Source: a virus. Taken from it: a DNA stretch of 64,000 nucleotides. The notes below the pieces were generated by a model. That model was not told the DNA's origin, did no database searches, and saw nothing but the letters and a program-made list of their open reading frames with translations. Of this stretch, positions 47,901-56,504 are shown piece by piece. The stretch spans positions 119,412 to 183,411 of the IMG/VR virus record IMGVR_UViG_3300008255_000099; one strand, 5' to 3'. The translations under genes were made by a program, and so were the position numbers. Numbering within the stretch: the stretch's first letter is position 1; every line of letters starts with the position of its first letter.

Positions 47901-49727
47901 ATGAATAGAAATGAATTTTTCAAAAAACTTGATAAACTTGAATCACTAGGCAAACATTCTTTTATTGATATTTTAATTAAAAAAATTGTTCTTTCACAAT
48001 TTGATGATGATGATGATGAGTTTGGGTTTGATGCAGAATATGCTGATGATGAATATATTGATCGAGACGAACAAGAAGATAATAGAGAAGAAGAACAATA
48101 TCTAGCTCACCATCAAGTTAGAATGGAAAGAGGGTTTGAAAACTTTCTACTAGGATTTTCATGGTTCGCTGATAGCGATAGGAATTGGGATCGTAATAGA
48201 TCACAAAAAGATGCTGTTGAGCAAATGCAAAATTCTGACGATCCTCCCGATAAGAAAAATTTAGAGTTTGCACACTCTGCAATTTCAATTCTATCATACG
48301 TAATTGAAAGATATGTCGAGATAAATATAAATTCACCAGTCGATTTGCTTGAAAATTTAAATCTTTTAAGACCTGGACTTATTATTATGCTAAATCGACT
48401 TCTCGAAGTAGGAGCAGAATTACCAAATCCAATTTTAATTGCAATGTCAATATCAGAATTTATAAACTATCAATTGAATTTTAGACAAGAAATAGATAGA
48501 TATGATCAATTAAATTCAACAGAACAAGAAATTCAAATTAAACAAAAATTTAGTCCATTTATCCAGAATTTAATTGATAAACTTTTTAGAAAAGATAACT
48601 TATATGTTTTAACAAAAGACACGAATGTTGATCAAATAGCAGATCGGGCATTGTCTATGGCAAATGAACTTATTTCTAGGTTTAACCAATCAAAATTAGA
48701 AATAGATGATTCAATTGTTCCTGAAGATCTTTCTAAAATCAACCCAAGAAATGTTTATCCTAAATCAGATATAAATATGTTATCTGATAGTAGATATGAA
48801 GAAGTAAATGAAACCACAGAATATATTTTTGAAATATTTAATAGATACTTGAAAAAATTATTTTTCAAAATCCTACAGACAAGACAAAGATTAGATTTAT
48901 CTGAAAATGATTGTCAAATTATAGTTTTTGATTTTATTAAAAAATCTGGAATTTTTAGAAGCAAAGAGATCCCCCTGCAAATAAAAGAAGATTTTTTGAA
49001 AGATTTAAAAAATCAAATTACATGGGCAAACAAAGAAATGAATCAATTTTTAAATGAATATGATGTTTTTGATAATCTTTATTTTTATTTAGGAAATAGT
49101 GGTAGAAATAGAGATCATTATAGGCGCTTTCAATCTGCTGAAAATTATGATCAAAAAGTTAGACATATTGAAAGATTTTTTTATGATCACCCCGTCGAAG
49201 TCTTTGATCTTTTGATGGGTTTTTTGGGAACAAATGCTTGTTATTTCTTGAGATCCCGATTTAATATAAGTGAATCAAGATTTGATTCTAACTTTTTTAC
49301 GAACAATGATATGTTTAATAAATTCAGACCCGATCAACAACAAAAAATTAAACAAATGATATTGAATTTAATAAACACTTATATTAAATCGTTCATCTCA
49401 AAAGAAAATCCAATTATTTTTGAAATAATGAATGAAATTTCAAAAATTAGCCCAATATTCAAAAAGATGACAGGGATTCTTCCAGAGGATCTTGCAGAGA
49501 TTTTTCACCCATTTGTCGATTTTGTTCAGCAACAAATTGATGAATTCGTCAAAACAAATGATCCGGGTTATTATACCAAAGCATTAAATGTCGTTGACAA
49601 AATTTTAACAGCAGGGAACACTTCTTCTTTGTTCGGAGTAGATCCAGAAGAATTTGTCAACTCTTTCATGGAAATAGATCCAGAAGAAGCAATGAAAATT
49701 AAAAGAAGAACTATTTCTCATAGATAA
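47901..49727 (+). CDS. large hypothetical protein (probable paralog of 60270..62810)
   Basis: 608 aa; shares N-terminal motif and FNKF.P..Q.KIK motif with the 846-aa ORF. Confidence 0.8.
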   Translation: MNRNEFFKKLDKLESLGKHSFIDILIKKIVLSQFDDDDDEFGFDAEYADDEYIDRDEQEDNREEEQYLAHHQVRMERGFENFLLGFSWFADSDRNWDRNRSQKDAVEQMQNSDDPPDKKNLEFAHSAISILSYVIERYVEININSPVDLLENLNLLRPGLIIMLNRLLEVGAELPNPILIAMSISEFINYQLNFRQEIDRYDQLNSTEQEIQIKQKFSPFIQNLIDKLFRKDNLYVLTKDTNVDQIADRALSMANELISRFNQSKLEIDDSIVPEDLSKINPRNVYPKSDINMLSDSRYEEVNETTEYIFEIFNRYLKKLFFKILQTRQRLDLSENDCQIIVFDFIKKSGIFRSKEIPLQIKEDFLKDLKNQITWANKEMNQFLNEYDVFDNLYFYLGNSGRNRDHYRRFQSAENYDQKVRHIERFFYDHPVEVFDLLMGFLGTNACYFLRSRFNISESRFDSNFFTNNDMFNKFRPDQQQKIKQMILNLINTYIKSFISKENPIIFEIMNEISKISPIFKKMTGILPEDLAEIFHPFVDFVQQQIDEFVKTNDPGYYTKALNVVDKILTAGNTSSLFGVDPEEFVNSFMEIDPEEAMKIKRRTISHR

Positions 49728-49886
49728 GACCTGGAGGAATCAATAGGCAACCTCCATTTTTTAGAAGCAGAGAAACCATGTGGCATGTCGGGCATTTATA
49801 AATACCATCAAGATCTAATTCTGTCAAATCAATATGAGAATCATTAACTAAATCATCATTTGCAAAAACTAGCCATTTTTATCTCC

Positions 49887-49930
49887 AAAAAACTCACCCG
49901 CAGGATTTTCGCCCTGCGGGTGAGTTTTTT
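49887..49930. terminator. bidirectional intrinsic terminator
   Basis: AAAAAACTCACCCGCAGG / CCTGCGGGTGAGTTTTTT immediately after the TROVE stop. Confidence 0.88.
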
Positions 49931-49932
49931 CT

Positions 49933-51876
49933 TTAGAAGTTTTCTCTAATGTATTCCATTGTTGGGACAGAGATTTGCTTCGCTTTCTCTTCATCTTCTT
50001 CATCAATCCCAATTATTGACTCTATATAACCTTCTGATTCGACAACTCTGTTGAGAACCTTTTCAGAAAAGCCACTGATAATTTGAGCCTTATTATTTTC
50101 ATCGATGTTGATGGCTGCTTCACCATACCCAGCAAGATCAACAACATGTATCCAAGCTTTGGGATTAATTCTCTTTTTGTATAATTTCCATTTTGAATTC
50201 AAAGAAGGATCTATTTGTCTTAAATTCATCATTGGCTTTTCAAAAGAATATAATTGCATATCTGTAAAGAAAATAACTCTATCAACAGAAATTCTATTTT
50301 TAATCAAATAATCAACAACTTTCCATCCCTCTGTTGACCAACCGACATTGGCATTAGAAAGTTTCTGCATATTTTTAAAAATTCCATCAGATGGATCTAA
50401 ATCAAATCTTTCATAATCTGTTCCCCAAGCAATCGCAATTGCATCATCACAAATTATGTTCGCCATCGAACTCAAAAGATTTCCCACAACTTTTCTAGTC
50501 ATTCTTGTTTTTTCTGAAATTATGGAGTCCATAGATCCAGACTGATCAGTTGCTAGAACTGTCGTCCCAGGTAATTTAGCTAAATTCTCTGCTGAATATT
50601 CAATCGCTTTTTCAAGAGCTTTCAGCAAAGATTTCTTGATTTCACCATTCGCACGAGAATTCAAAGATTCTGCAACTGAAGGATCTGTTCTAATAATATT
50701 AAAAGATGAAAGATACCTAAATGGAAGTTGTCTAGAAGACAAAACCTCCTCTTTGTTGGAAATAAGTTTTATAACCATACTCCAATGAGCATCAGAAATC
50801 TCAGCTTTAGCAAAGTTTCTAATGTTTCTTAAAACAGCCATAAAATTAGTTCTTGGTCTTTTACCTTGCTCTAGACTCGTTTTACCAGTCATAATTTCAG
50901 CACAAAGTTCCCAAACTTCTTTTTTGTCTTTTTCATTTCCGCCAAATTGAGAACTAAGCATTTCCCAAGTTGAATTGCATTTCTTTGCCAATTCAATTGC
51001 CCTCGGACTAAACTCCGACATTTTAGACAATTCTTTGGCTGCATAAATTGATGGAATATCTCTCTCTGCATTTTCATCAAGAGTCCCATCATAAACCCAC
51101 TTCAAAAGAGATTGATTCTTTATTGGCCAACCCTTTTTTCTATCAATTAGATTTAAAACATCTGCAAATCTTGGATGATCCTGATTGTTATATTTCATAA
51201 ATCCGTATTCTGAAATAGAACTCATAGCATCTGCTAATCCACGCTTTAACGAATTCGGCAAACCCTTCCCTTTGGTCGCAACAACCGGAGACCCATTGTT
51301 GTCTAAAAGAACTTCACCATTTTCGTCATTTAACATTACAGTTCTTGTACCAAATAAAAACATGTAAGCAGCAACTACGTCCTTGATTTCATCTGGTCTT
51401 TGAATTATCTTTCGACAATATTCACGGACAAAAGGCTTCGTCGCAGGATGCTCTGCTGCAATCGCCAACAACCACTGCGGAGTTGTCCTGATATTCATTT
51501 CATTTCTAGACCAATTAGCCAGTTTTAACAAATCTTGAGGTGTTTTAGAATCTGCAATATTCCAAGCAGTCATCAATAACAATCTAGTTCTGTCTTCCAA
51601 TGAATTAAATGTTTCTACATTAACTCTTTCTTTTATGTCGCTTTTATAGACAGGACTAAATATAGATCCGGTTTTCTGCATTTCTTGATATTTGAATCCC
51701 GCTGGATAATATGCTGTTTCATTTAAAAAACTAACACCAATCATTGTTAACATTAACGTCGAAGGATCTTTGATTGCATACGCAACCCCGCCAGCAGCAT
51801 TAACTAGTTCTTGGCGAATCTGTTCGGCTTCTTCTATCTCAAAGAATTCATCCATGACCTCTAAGATTAAATCCAT
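49933..51876 (-). CDS. TROVE-domain (Ro60/TEP1-like) RNA-binding protein with vWA domain
   Basis: SRNEMNIRTTP; IIQRPDE; LPNSLKRGL..ISEYGFMKYN; TWE; MAVLRNIRN; SRQLPFRY; vWA ATDQSGSM and FFTDMQ; ATG 51876 with AGGAGA RBS. Confidence 0.9.
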   Translation of the reverse strand: MDLILEVMDEFFEIEEAEQIRQELVNAAGGVAYAIKDPSTLMLTMIGVSFLNETAYYPAGFKYQEMQKTGSIFSPVYKSDIKERVNVETFNSLEDRTRLLLMTAWNIADSKTPQDLLKLANWSRNEMNIRTTPQWLLAIAAEHPATKPFVREYCRKIIQRPDEIKDVVAAYMFLFGTRTVMLNDENGEVLLDNNGSPVVATKGKGLPNSLKRGLADAMSSISEYGFMKYNNQDHPRFADVLNLIDRKKGWPIKNQSLLKWVYDGTLDENAERDIPSIYAAKELSKMSEFSPRAIELAKKCNSTWEMLSSQFGGNEKDKKEVWELCAEIMTGKTSLEQGKRPRTNFMAVLRNIRNFAKAEISDAHWSMVIKLISNKEEVLSSRQLPFRYLSSFNIIRTDPSVAESLNSRANGEIKKSLLKALEKAIEYSAENLAKLPGTTVLATDQSGSMDSIISEKTRMTRKVVGNLLSSMANIICDDAIAIAWGTDYERFDLDPSDGIFKNMQKLSNANVGWSTEGWKVVDYLIKNRISVDRVIFFTDMQLYSFEKPMMNLRQIDPSLNSKWKLYKKRINPKAWIHVVDLAGYGEAAINIDENNKAQIISGFSEKVLNRVVESEGYIESIIGIDEEDEEKAKQISVPTMEYIRENF

Positions 51877-52059
51877 CTTTTTTCTCCTACCTTTTTGCCA
51901 CGAGTTTCTCGGGAATTTACACCACACGTTGACCGTGGGTGTTAAGACCGTAATTATACCCCGTCACACACCCCATGAACACAAAAGAAATTTGGTTTTT
52001 TGGGATAAAAACAGAGATTGATGTATAATTAAACTATCTTTGAAAAAGAAGGAGATTCA

Positions 52060-52293
52060 ATGTCAAAAATAAAAGAGAAGATAGACGCAAACAATGAATT
52101 TTTGAGATCTGTTATTAATCTGAAAGATAATTTTTTCACAGAATTCCAAACCCTCAGCATTATAAGAATGTCGGAATCTATTTTCAAAATGCAAGAAGTT
52201 TATGAAGAAGATAAAGAAAGATGGGATGTTTATCTTAATTCTATTGATGATGTTTATGGGACAAATCTAAAAAATCAAAAAGGAGAGAAATGA
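52060..52293 (+). CDS. hypothetical protein
   Basis: 77 aa, AAGGAGA RBS, upstream TGTATAAT. Confidence 0.75.
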   Translation: MSKIKEKIDANNEFLRSVINLKDNFFTEFQTLSIIRMSESIFKMQEVYEEDKERWDVYLNSIDDVYGTNLKNQKGEK

Positions 52294-53237
52294 GTAAAAT
52301 TTCTGTATTAGGAGATTATATGATTGATGAATATCTTTTTTGTTCAACAGATAGAATCTCTCCAGAAGCTCCAGTTTTAATTGCAAAAATAAATGAAAAA
52401 GAAATTTCCCCAGGAGGAGCAGGAAATGTTGCAGCAAATATGTCTTTTCTGGGAAATGAAACACAAGCATTAGGATTAGGAGGGAAAAACGATTTCGGAG
52501 AATTTGAGATTTTATTTGAAAAATATTTTTTTGATAATGTGAATGTTTTGATCTTCCCGCATTATCAAAAAAATATAAGAAAAACTAGAGTTGTATCTGA
52601 TAATCATCATTTATTAAGAATTGATTGCGAAGAAGATATTTACAATGGTAAAGATATAATTAATTCATTAATTAGAGAAATGAAAAACTTCAATCCAGAT
52701 TTCTTAATTATCTCTGATTACGACAAAGGGATGATCTCTAAAATTGATATAGATTTTACAGCTTCTGTTTTTAAATCTATTCAAACAGAAATAATAGCTG
52801 ATATTAAACCAATTAATTTCAAAATTCTAAATCAAATAACAAAAAAATCAAAAAGAATTAACACGATTTTACCAAATGAAAAAGAAATTAGACAAAGTTT
52901 GCCAAATAAAGATTGGGATTTAGAAAGTTATGCAAAATATTGGATTGATAAAGATTTATGTGAAAACGTTGCTATTACAAGAGGTGAAAATGGGATTCTT
53001 TTTGTTACTGAAAAAGAAAAATTCTCAATAACCTCAAAAACAGAAGAAATTGCAGATGTTTGTGGCTGTGGCGACACCGTCACCTCTATCTACACCCACG
53101 CCATCTCTGAAGGAATTAATAAAAAATCAGCAATTGAAATAGCAAATGAATGTGCCGCCTTAACAGCTAAAAAATTTGGTGCCTATAAAGTTTCAAAAGA
53201 AGAATACTCAGAAATTAAAGAAAATTATTTATTTTAA
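52290..53237 (+). CDS. rfaE: heptose-7-phosphate kinase domain (RfaE/HldE domain I, PfkB family)
   Basis: VLGDYMIDEY...DRISPEAPV; PGGAGNVAAN; KTRV...LLRID; ISDYDKG; PNEKE; TRGENG; DVCGCGDTV. Confidence 0.88.
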   Translation: MSKISVLGDYMIDEYLFCSTDRISPEAPVLIAKINEKEISPGGAGNVAANMSFLGNETQALGLGGKNDFGEFEILFEKYFFDNVNVLIFPHYQKNIRKTRVVSDNHHLLRIDCEEDIYNGKDIINSLIREMKNFNPDFLIISDYDKGMISKIDIDFTASVFKSIQTEIIADIKPINFKILNQITKKSKRINTILPNEKEIRQSLPNKDWDLESYAKYWIDKDLCENVAITRGENGILFVTEKEKFSITSKTEEIADVCGCGDTVTSIYTHAISEGINKKSAIEIANECAALTAKKFGAYKVSKEEYSEIKENYLF

Positions 53238-53389
53238 ACCTTTCCAGAGCATTAGGAAAGCTAGTCACTACCAACACCATCTATTAGGGTCCAAATTTTA
53301 GGACTCGCTAGAAAATAATATTTAAGTTATGACTTCCACCTCAGCCACGACTTGCCCTTGGGAGTATAATATAAGGTGAGAGAGGACAT

Positions 53390-53686
53390 ATGGCAGAAAA
53401 GAAACAAATGATTGAACCAAAAGACAAGATTTTCATTCTAAAATGTGATAAAGATTTTACTCTTTGTGGAAAAACTCTATCAAAAGATTCTATTTTCTTG
53501 GTTTCAGCAGAAGGTTTTTCTTCCACTACAATAAAAGTAGAATTGTCAAATGGCTCTTTCTTTATTTATGGCAAGTTAAAAGAAGTTGCCAAAGATGCAA
53601 TTCTTTTCAATGGACAAGAATGGGTTTCATTATTAGGAAATAAAATTAATAATAAAAACGAAGATTCGTGGGATCTTGATATATAA
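53390..53686 (+). CDS. hypothetical protein
   Basis: 98 aa, GAGGA RBS, upstream TATAAT. Confidence 0.75.
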   Translation: MAEKKQMIEPKDKIFILKCDKDFTLCGKTLSKDSIFLVSAEGFSSTTIKVELSNGSFFIYGKLKEVAKDAILFNGQEWVSLLGNKINNKNEDSWDLDI

Positions 53687-53705
53687 TTAAATAAAAGGAG
53701 AAAAA

Positions 53706-54617
53706 ATGAACGAAGATGAAAAAAATGTTTTTTCTTTAATTACAGAAGAAACAGCCCAAGATAGATTTATTAATCTTTTAGAAAATCTTGAGAACAAACA
53801 GATAACTTTAAATTATTCAAAAGAACAAATAAAAGATAACATCCTACTTTCTGTTTCTGATGAAGATTTAAAAAAATTTAATGAATTAATAGAAGACCTT
53901 CTTTTAAAAGAAGAAAAAGCTTTTGAAGCAAACAAAAAGCTTAATGTTAAATTTGTTTCGGAAAATGAGCAAAGGATTTATAAAGAATACCAGGATCCTT
54001 TTTTAGAAGAAACTGAAATAATAATCGAAACAAACAAGAAAGTGGTTTTCAAAAAAGAATTCCCAAATTGTATCGCATATTACGATCCTTCTTTATTAGA
54101 TGAAGAAAAATATGTTCCAACACCAATGGATCTAATCATGCAAAAAGTTTTACATCGAATTGATGGACCCGCACTAGAATTCAAAGACGGTGGAGTTGAA
54201 TGGTGGGTTAATGGCGTTAGACACAATTTGAATGCGCCAGCAATTCAAAAACCAGACGGCACAGAAGAATGGTGGGTTAATGGTTATTACCACCGAGTCG
54301 GAGCGCCAGCAAGAATCAGCCCAAATGGGAATTCTGAATATTGGGTTGCTGGAATTAGACATAATCTAAAAGGGCCGGCGATAACAAACAAAAAAGACGG
54401 AGATTCCTATTATATTTATGGCAAAAAAATGTCAAAAAAAGAATTTGAACTTTATCTAGAATTACAAAAAACAGTGCAAGAGAATGTGTTTAAAACAAAA
54501 GAAGAAATGATAGAAATAATAGAAGAGTTAAAACAAAAAGAAAAAATAAATGTTGTTTTTAAGAATCAAGAACCAAAGGGAATTACACCAGTTGGAACTG
54601 TCGGAAAAACCATATAG
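53706..54617 (+). CDS. protein with HRxDGPA...WxxNG repeats (MORN-variant-like)
   Basis: LHRIDGPALE..DGGVEWWVNG / RHNLNAPAI..PDGTEEWWVNG / YHRVGAPA..NGNSEYWVAG / RHNLKGPAI. Confidence 0.8.
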   Translation: MNEDEKNVFSLITEETAQDRFINLLENLENKQITLNYSKEQIKDNILLSVSDEDLKKFNELIEDLLLKEEKAFEANKKLNVKFVSENEQRIYKEYQDPFLEETEIIIETNKKVVFKKEFPNCIAYYDPSLLDEEKYVPTPMDLIMQKVLHRIDGPALEFKDGGVEWWVNGVRHNLNAPAIQKPDGTEEWWVNGYYHRVGAPARISPNGNSEYWVAGIRHNLKGPAITNKKDGDSYYIYGKKMSKKEFELYLELQKTVQENVFKTKEEMIEIIEELKQKEKINVVFKNQEPKGITPVGTVGKTI

Positions 54618-54629
54618 AAAGAATCAAAA

Positions 54630-55715
54630 ATGTCTGAAGAAGAATTGCAGCAACAAGAAGAAGATGTTGTCGATGATTTACTTGTGGATTTTGTGGAAAT
54701 ATCTAAAATTGAACCCCACCAAGATCCAGAAGTTGAAAGACTTGAAGTTGTTCATGTCAAAGGGTGGAAAACATTAACCCAAAAAGGTCAATATCAACCA
54801 GGGGATGTCGTTCTCTACATCCCCCCCGATTCTATGATTCCAGTCGAATGGGCTCAAAAATGGGGGGTTGAAGAATATCTTCACTTTAAGAAAAATTCAA
54901 CATTTGGACGGGTTAAAGCAATCCGTCTCCGTGGCGAAATGAGTTATGGATTTGTTGTTAATCCAAAAAATCTTGTTGGGTTGAACATCAAAGATTCTAT
55001 TGGGATCAAAAAATATCAAGAACCACAAAAAAGAAGGGGATTTGCTTCTGGTGAAGCTGAAAAAGAACACTTCCTTTTCTATAAATATACTAAAATCCAA
55101 AACACCAAAAACTATCCTGACTTCTTAACCCCAGGCGAAGAAGTCGTAGCCTCTGAAAAACTACACGGGACAAACTCAAGAATTGCTTTTATTAAAACAA
55201 ATGAAAACTTTGAATTAATGATTGGAAGCAATAGAACGAGAAGGAAGTTAGGGACAGAAAGTATTTATGAAAAACCATTGGCTTTGTTCCCTCAATTAAT
55301 GGATTTGTTTGAAGATTTGCTTTATCAAAATGAAGAGTTAAATTCAATCATAGTTTTCGGTGAAATTTTTGGATCAGGAATTCAAGATTTAGAATATGGA
55401 AAAGATGAAATAACTTTCTCGGCTTTTGATATCTGTTGCGATCATGTCTATCTGGATTTTGATGATGCTAGAAATCTCTTCCAAAAACACCAAATCCCAA
55501 TGGTCCCATTGCTCTATGAAGGTCCCTTTGATCAAAAATTAATGGAAGAACTTTCATCAGGAAAAACAACCATAATGAAATCTAAGGCCCACATTCGAGA
55601 GGGAATTGTCGTTAAACCTAAAATTGAGAGAGAAGTTAAAGGATTAGGACGTGTTATCCTTAAATTTATTAACGATGATTACTTGTTAAGGAAAAAAGGG
55701 ACTGAATTCCATTAG
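54630..55715 (+). CDS. RNA ligase, DRB0094 family, with N-terminal OB-like domain
   Basis: IEPH...ERLEV..VKGW...GDVVLYIPPDS; RVKAIRLRGEMSYG; SEKLHGTN; FGEIFG; AFDI; VPLLYEGPF; REGIVVKP; ILKFINDDYL. Confidence 0.9.
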   Translation: MSEEELQQQEEDVVDDLLVDFVEISKIEPHQDPEVERLEVVHVKGWKTLTQKGQYQPGDVVLYIPPDSMIPVEWAQKWGVEEYLHFKKNSTFGRVKAIRLRGEMSYGFVVNPKNLVGLNIKDSIGIKKYQEPQKRRGFASGEAEKEHFLFYKYTKIQNTKNYPDFLTPGEEVVASEKLHGTNSRIAFIKTNENFELMIGSNRTRRKLGTESIYEKPLALFPQLMDLFEDLLYQNEELNSIIVFGEIFGSGIQDLEYGKDEITFSAFDICCDHVYLDFDDARNLFQKHQIPMVPLLYEGPFDQKLMEELSSGKTTIMKSKAHIREGIVVKPKIEREVKGLGRVILKFINDDYLLRKKGTEFH

Positions 55716-55765
55716 TCAATTCCAAAAACAATCAACACTTGTGTCAGACTAGCTAAGACCAAACC

Positions 55766-55893
55766 AAAAACAGCGGGCCGGACCTTGAAAGGTCCGGCCC
55801 GCTGCCACCATGCTGCTGCTGAGAGAGAGAGCACTCGCTATTTAATCTTTTGGCTTCCTCGGCCGCCGCCGCCGGCGACCGCTGCGCCATAGC
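55766..55893 (-). ncRNA. candidate ~128-nt structured small RNA
   Basis: Bounded by a consensus promoter and an intrinsic terminator; GC-rich stems (GCUAU/AUAGC, GGUCGCC/GGCGGCC); no RBS; the only ATG frame stops beyond the terminator. Confidence 0.6.
55771..55804 (-). terminator. intrinsic terminator
   Basis: 15-bp perfect stem CAGCGGGCCGGACCT/AGGTCCGGCCCGCTG, TTTTT follows on minus strand. Confidence 0.85.
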
Positions 55894-55897
55894 CAAC

Positions 55898-55926
55898 ACT
55901 ATAGCAAAGCCACCACCGCCTGTCAA
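55898..55926 (-). promoter_or_regulatory. near-consensus sigma70 promoter
   Basis: TTGACA-17 nt-TATAGT on minus strand. Confidence 0.85.
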
Positions 55927-56146
55927 GCAATCCGACAAAAAAGACGCAACCCCGCTCCCAGAGCGGGTTCGTGGCCGATTCCACTAAGCCGAAACAGAAT
56001 AAGAAAAAAGCCAGCCAAGGATTTTGTTCCCTCGAATCTATTCCCGCTCATGTCTGAGATTGTCAGAGGTTGAATTGGGAGGGATAGAAACTCACTTCAT
56101 TCAAATCCAATTCATAACTTTTTCCCTAAAAAAATGACGCAATTTC

Positions 56147-56182
56147 CTCCAGAACTCCAGACCTCCAAAACTCCAAAACTCC
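56147..56182. repeat. CTCC direct repeats with 8-bp period (x5)
   Basis: CTCCAGAA CTCCAGAC CTCCAAAA CTCCAAAA CTCC upstream of the Ubl promoter. Confidence 0.85.
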
Positions 56183-56206
56183 TTTCCAAAAGGATTCTTG
56201 CTCCGG

Positions 56207-56214
56207 TGTATAAT
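56207..56214 (+). promoter_or_regulatory. putative -10 box (TGTATAAT) of the Ubl operon
   Basis: TGTATAAT flanked by CCGG/CCGG, 55 nt upstream of ATG 56269. Confidence 0.65.
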
Positions 56215-56268
56215 CCCGGCATCGAAGGCGAACGGTCAAAGCCGACGCCGATCAAGGGAGTAGCTACA

Positions 56269-56499
56269 ATGAGTGAAACGATTTCGATTCGACTGATTTG
56301 CAACAATGAGGCTGGGTATGCCGACAATGTGACGGTCCCCGCCGGAACCTCAATCGGGGAACTTTTCCGTGAAAAGATGCCCGAGCACAACCCCGCCGAT
56401 TACGTGATCCGGGTGAACGCCGAGCCGGTTCAGCGAGCGCAGATCCTCTGCAACGGCGACCGTGTTACGATCAGCCCGCAGAAAGTCGCTGGGGCTTAA
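56269..56499 (+). CDS. ubiquitin-like (beta-grasp, ThiS/MoaD-like) protein, 76 aa
   Basis: MSETISIRLICNNEAGYADNVTVPAGTSIGELF...DYVIRVNAEPV..QILCNGDRVTISPQKVAGA; AAGGGAG RBS; C-terminal GA. Confidence 0.85.
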   Translation: MSETISIRLICNNEAGYADNVTVPAGTSIGELFREKMPEHNPADYVIRVNAEPVQRAQILCNGDRVTISPQKVAGA

Positions 56500-56504
56500 G
56501 ACAA

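Noticed and set aside
49727-52060. Canonical Y RNA (YrlA/YrlB) next to the TROVE gene
   Set aside because: Could not find the GUCCGA/UUGAC bulged helix or a tRNA-like module by eye; needs an Infernal search
55753-55938. 61-aa minus-strand ORF over the candidate sRNA
   Set aside because: It spans its own promoter, has no RBS, and its stop lies beyond the terminator U-tract
56134-56268. N-terminal extension of the Ubl from ATG 56134
   Set aside because: Extension runs through the repeat array and promoter; ATG 56269 has a good RBS and gives a compact 76-aa beta-grasp domain
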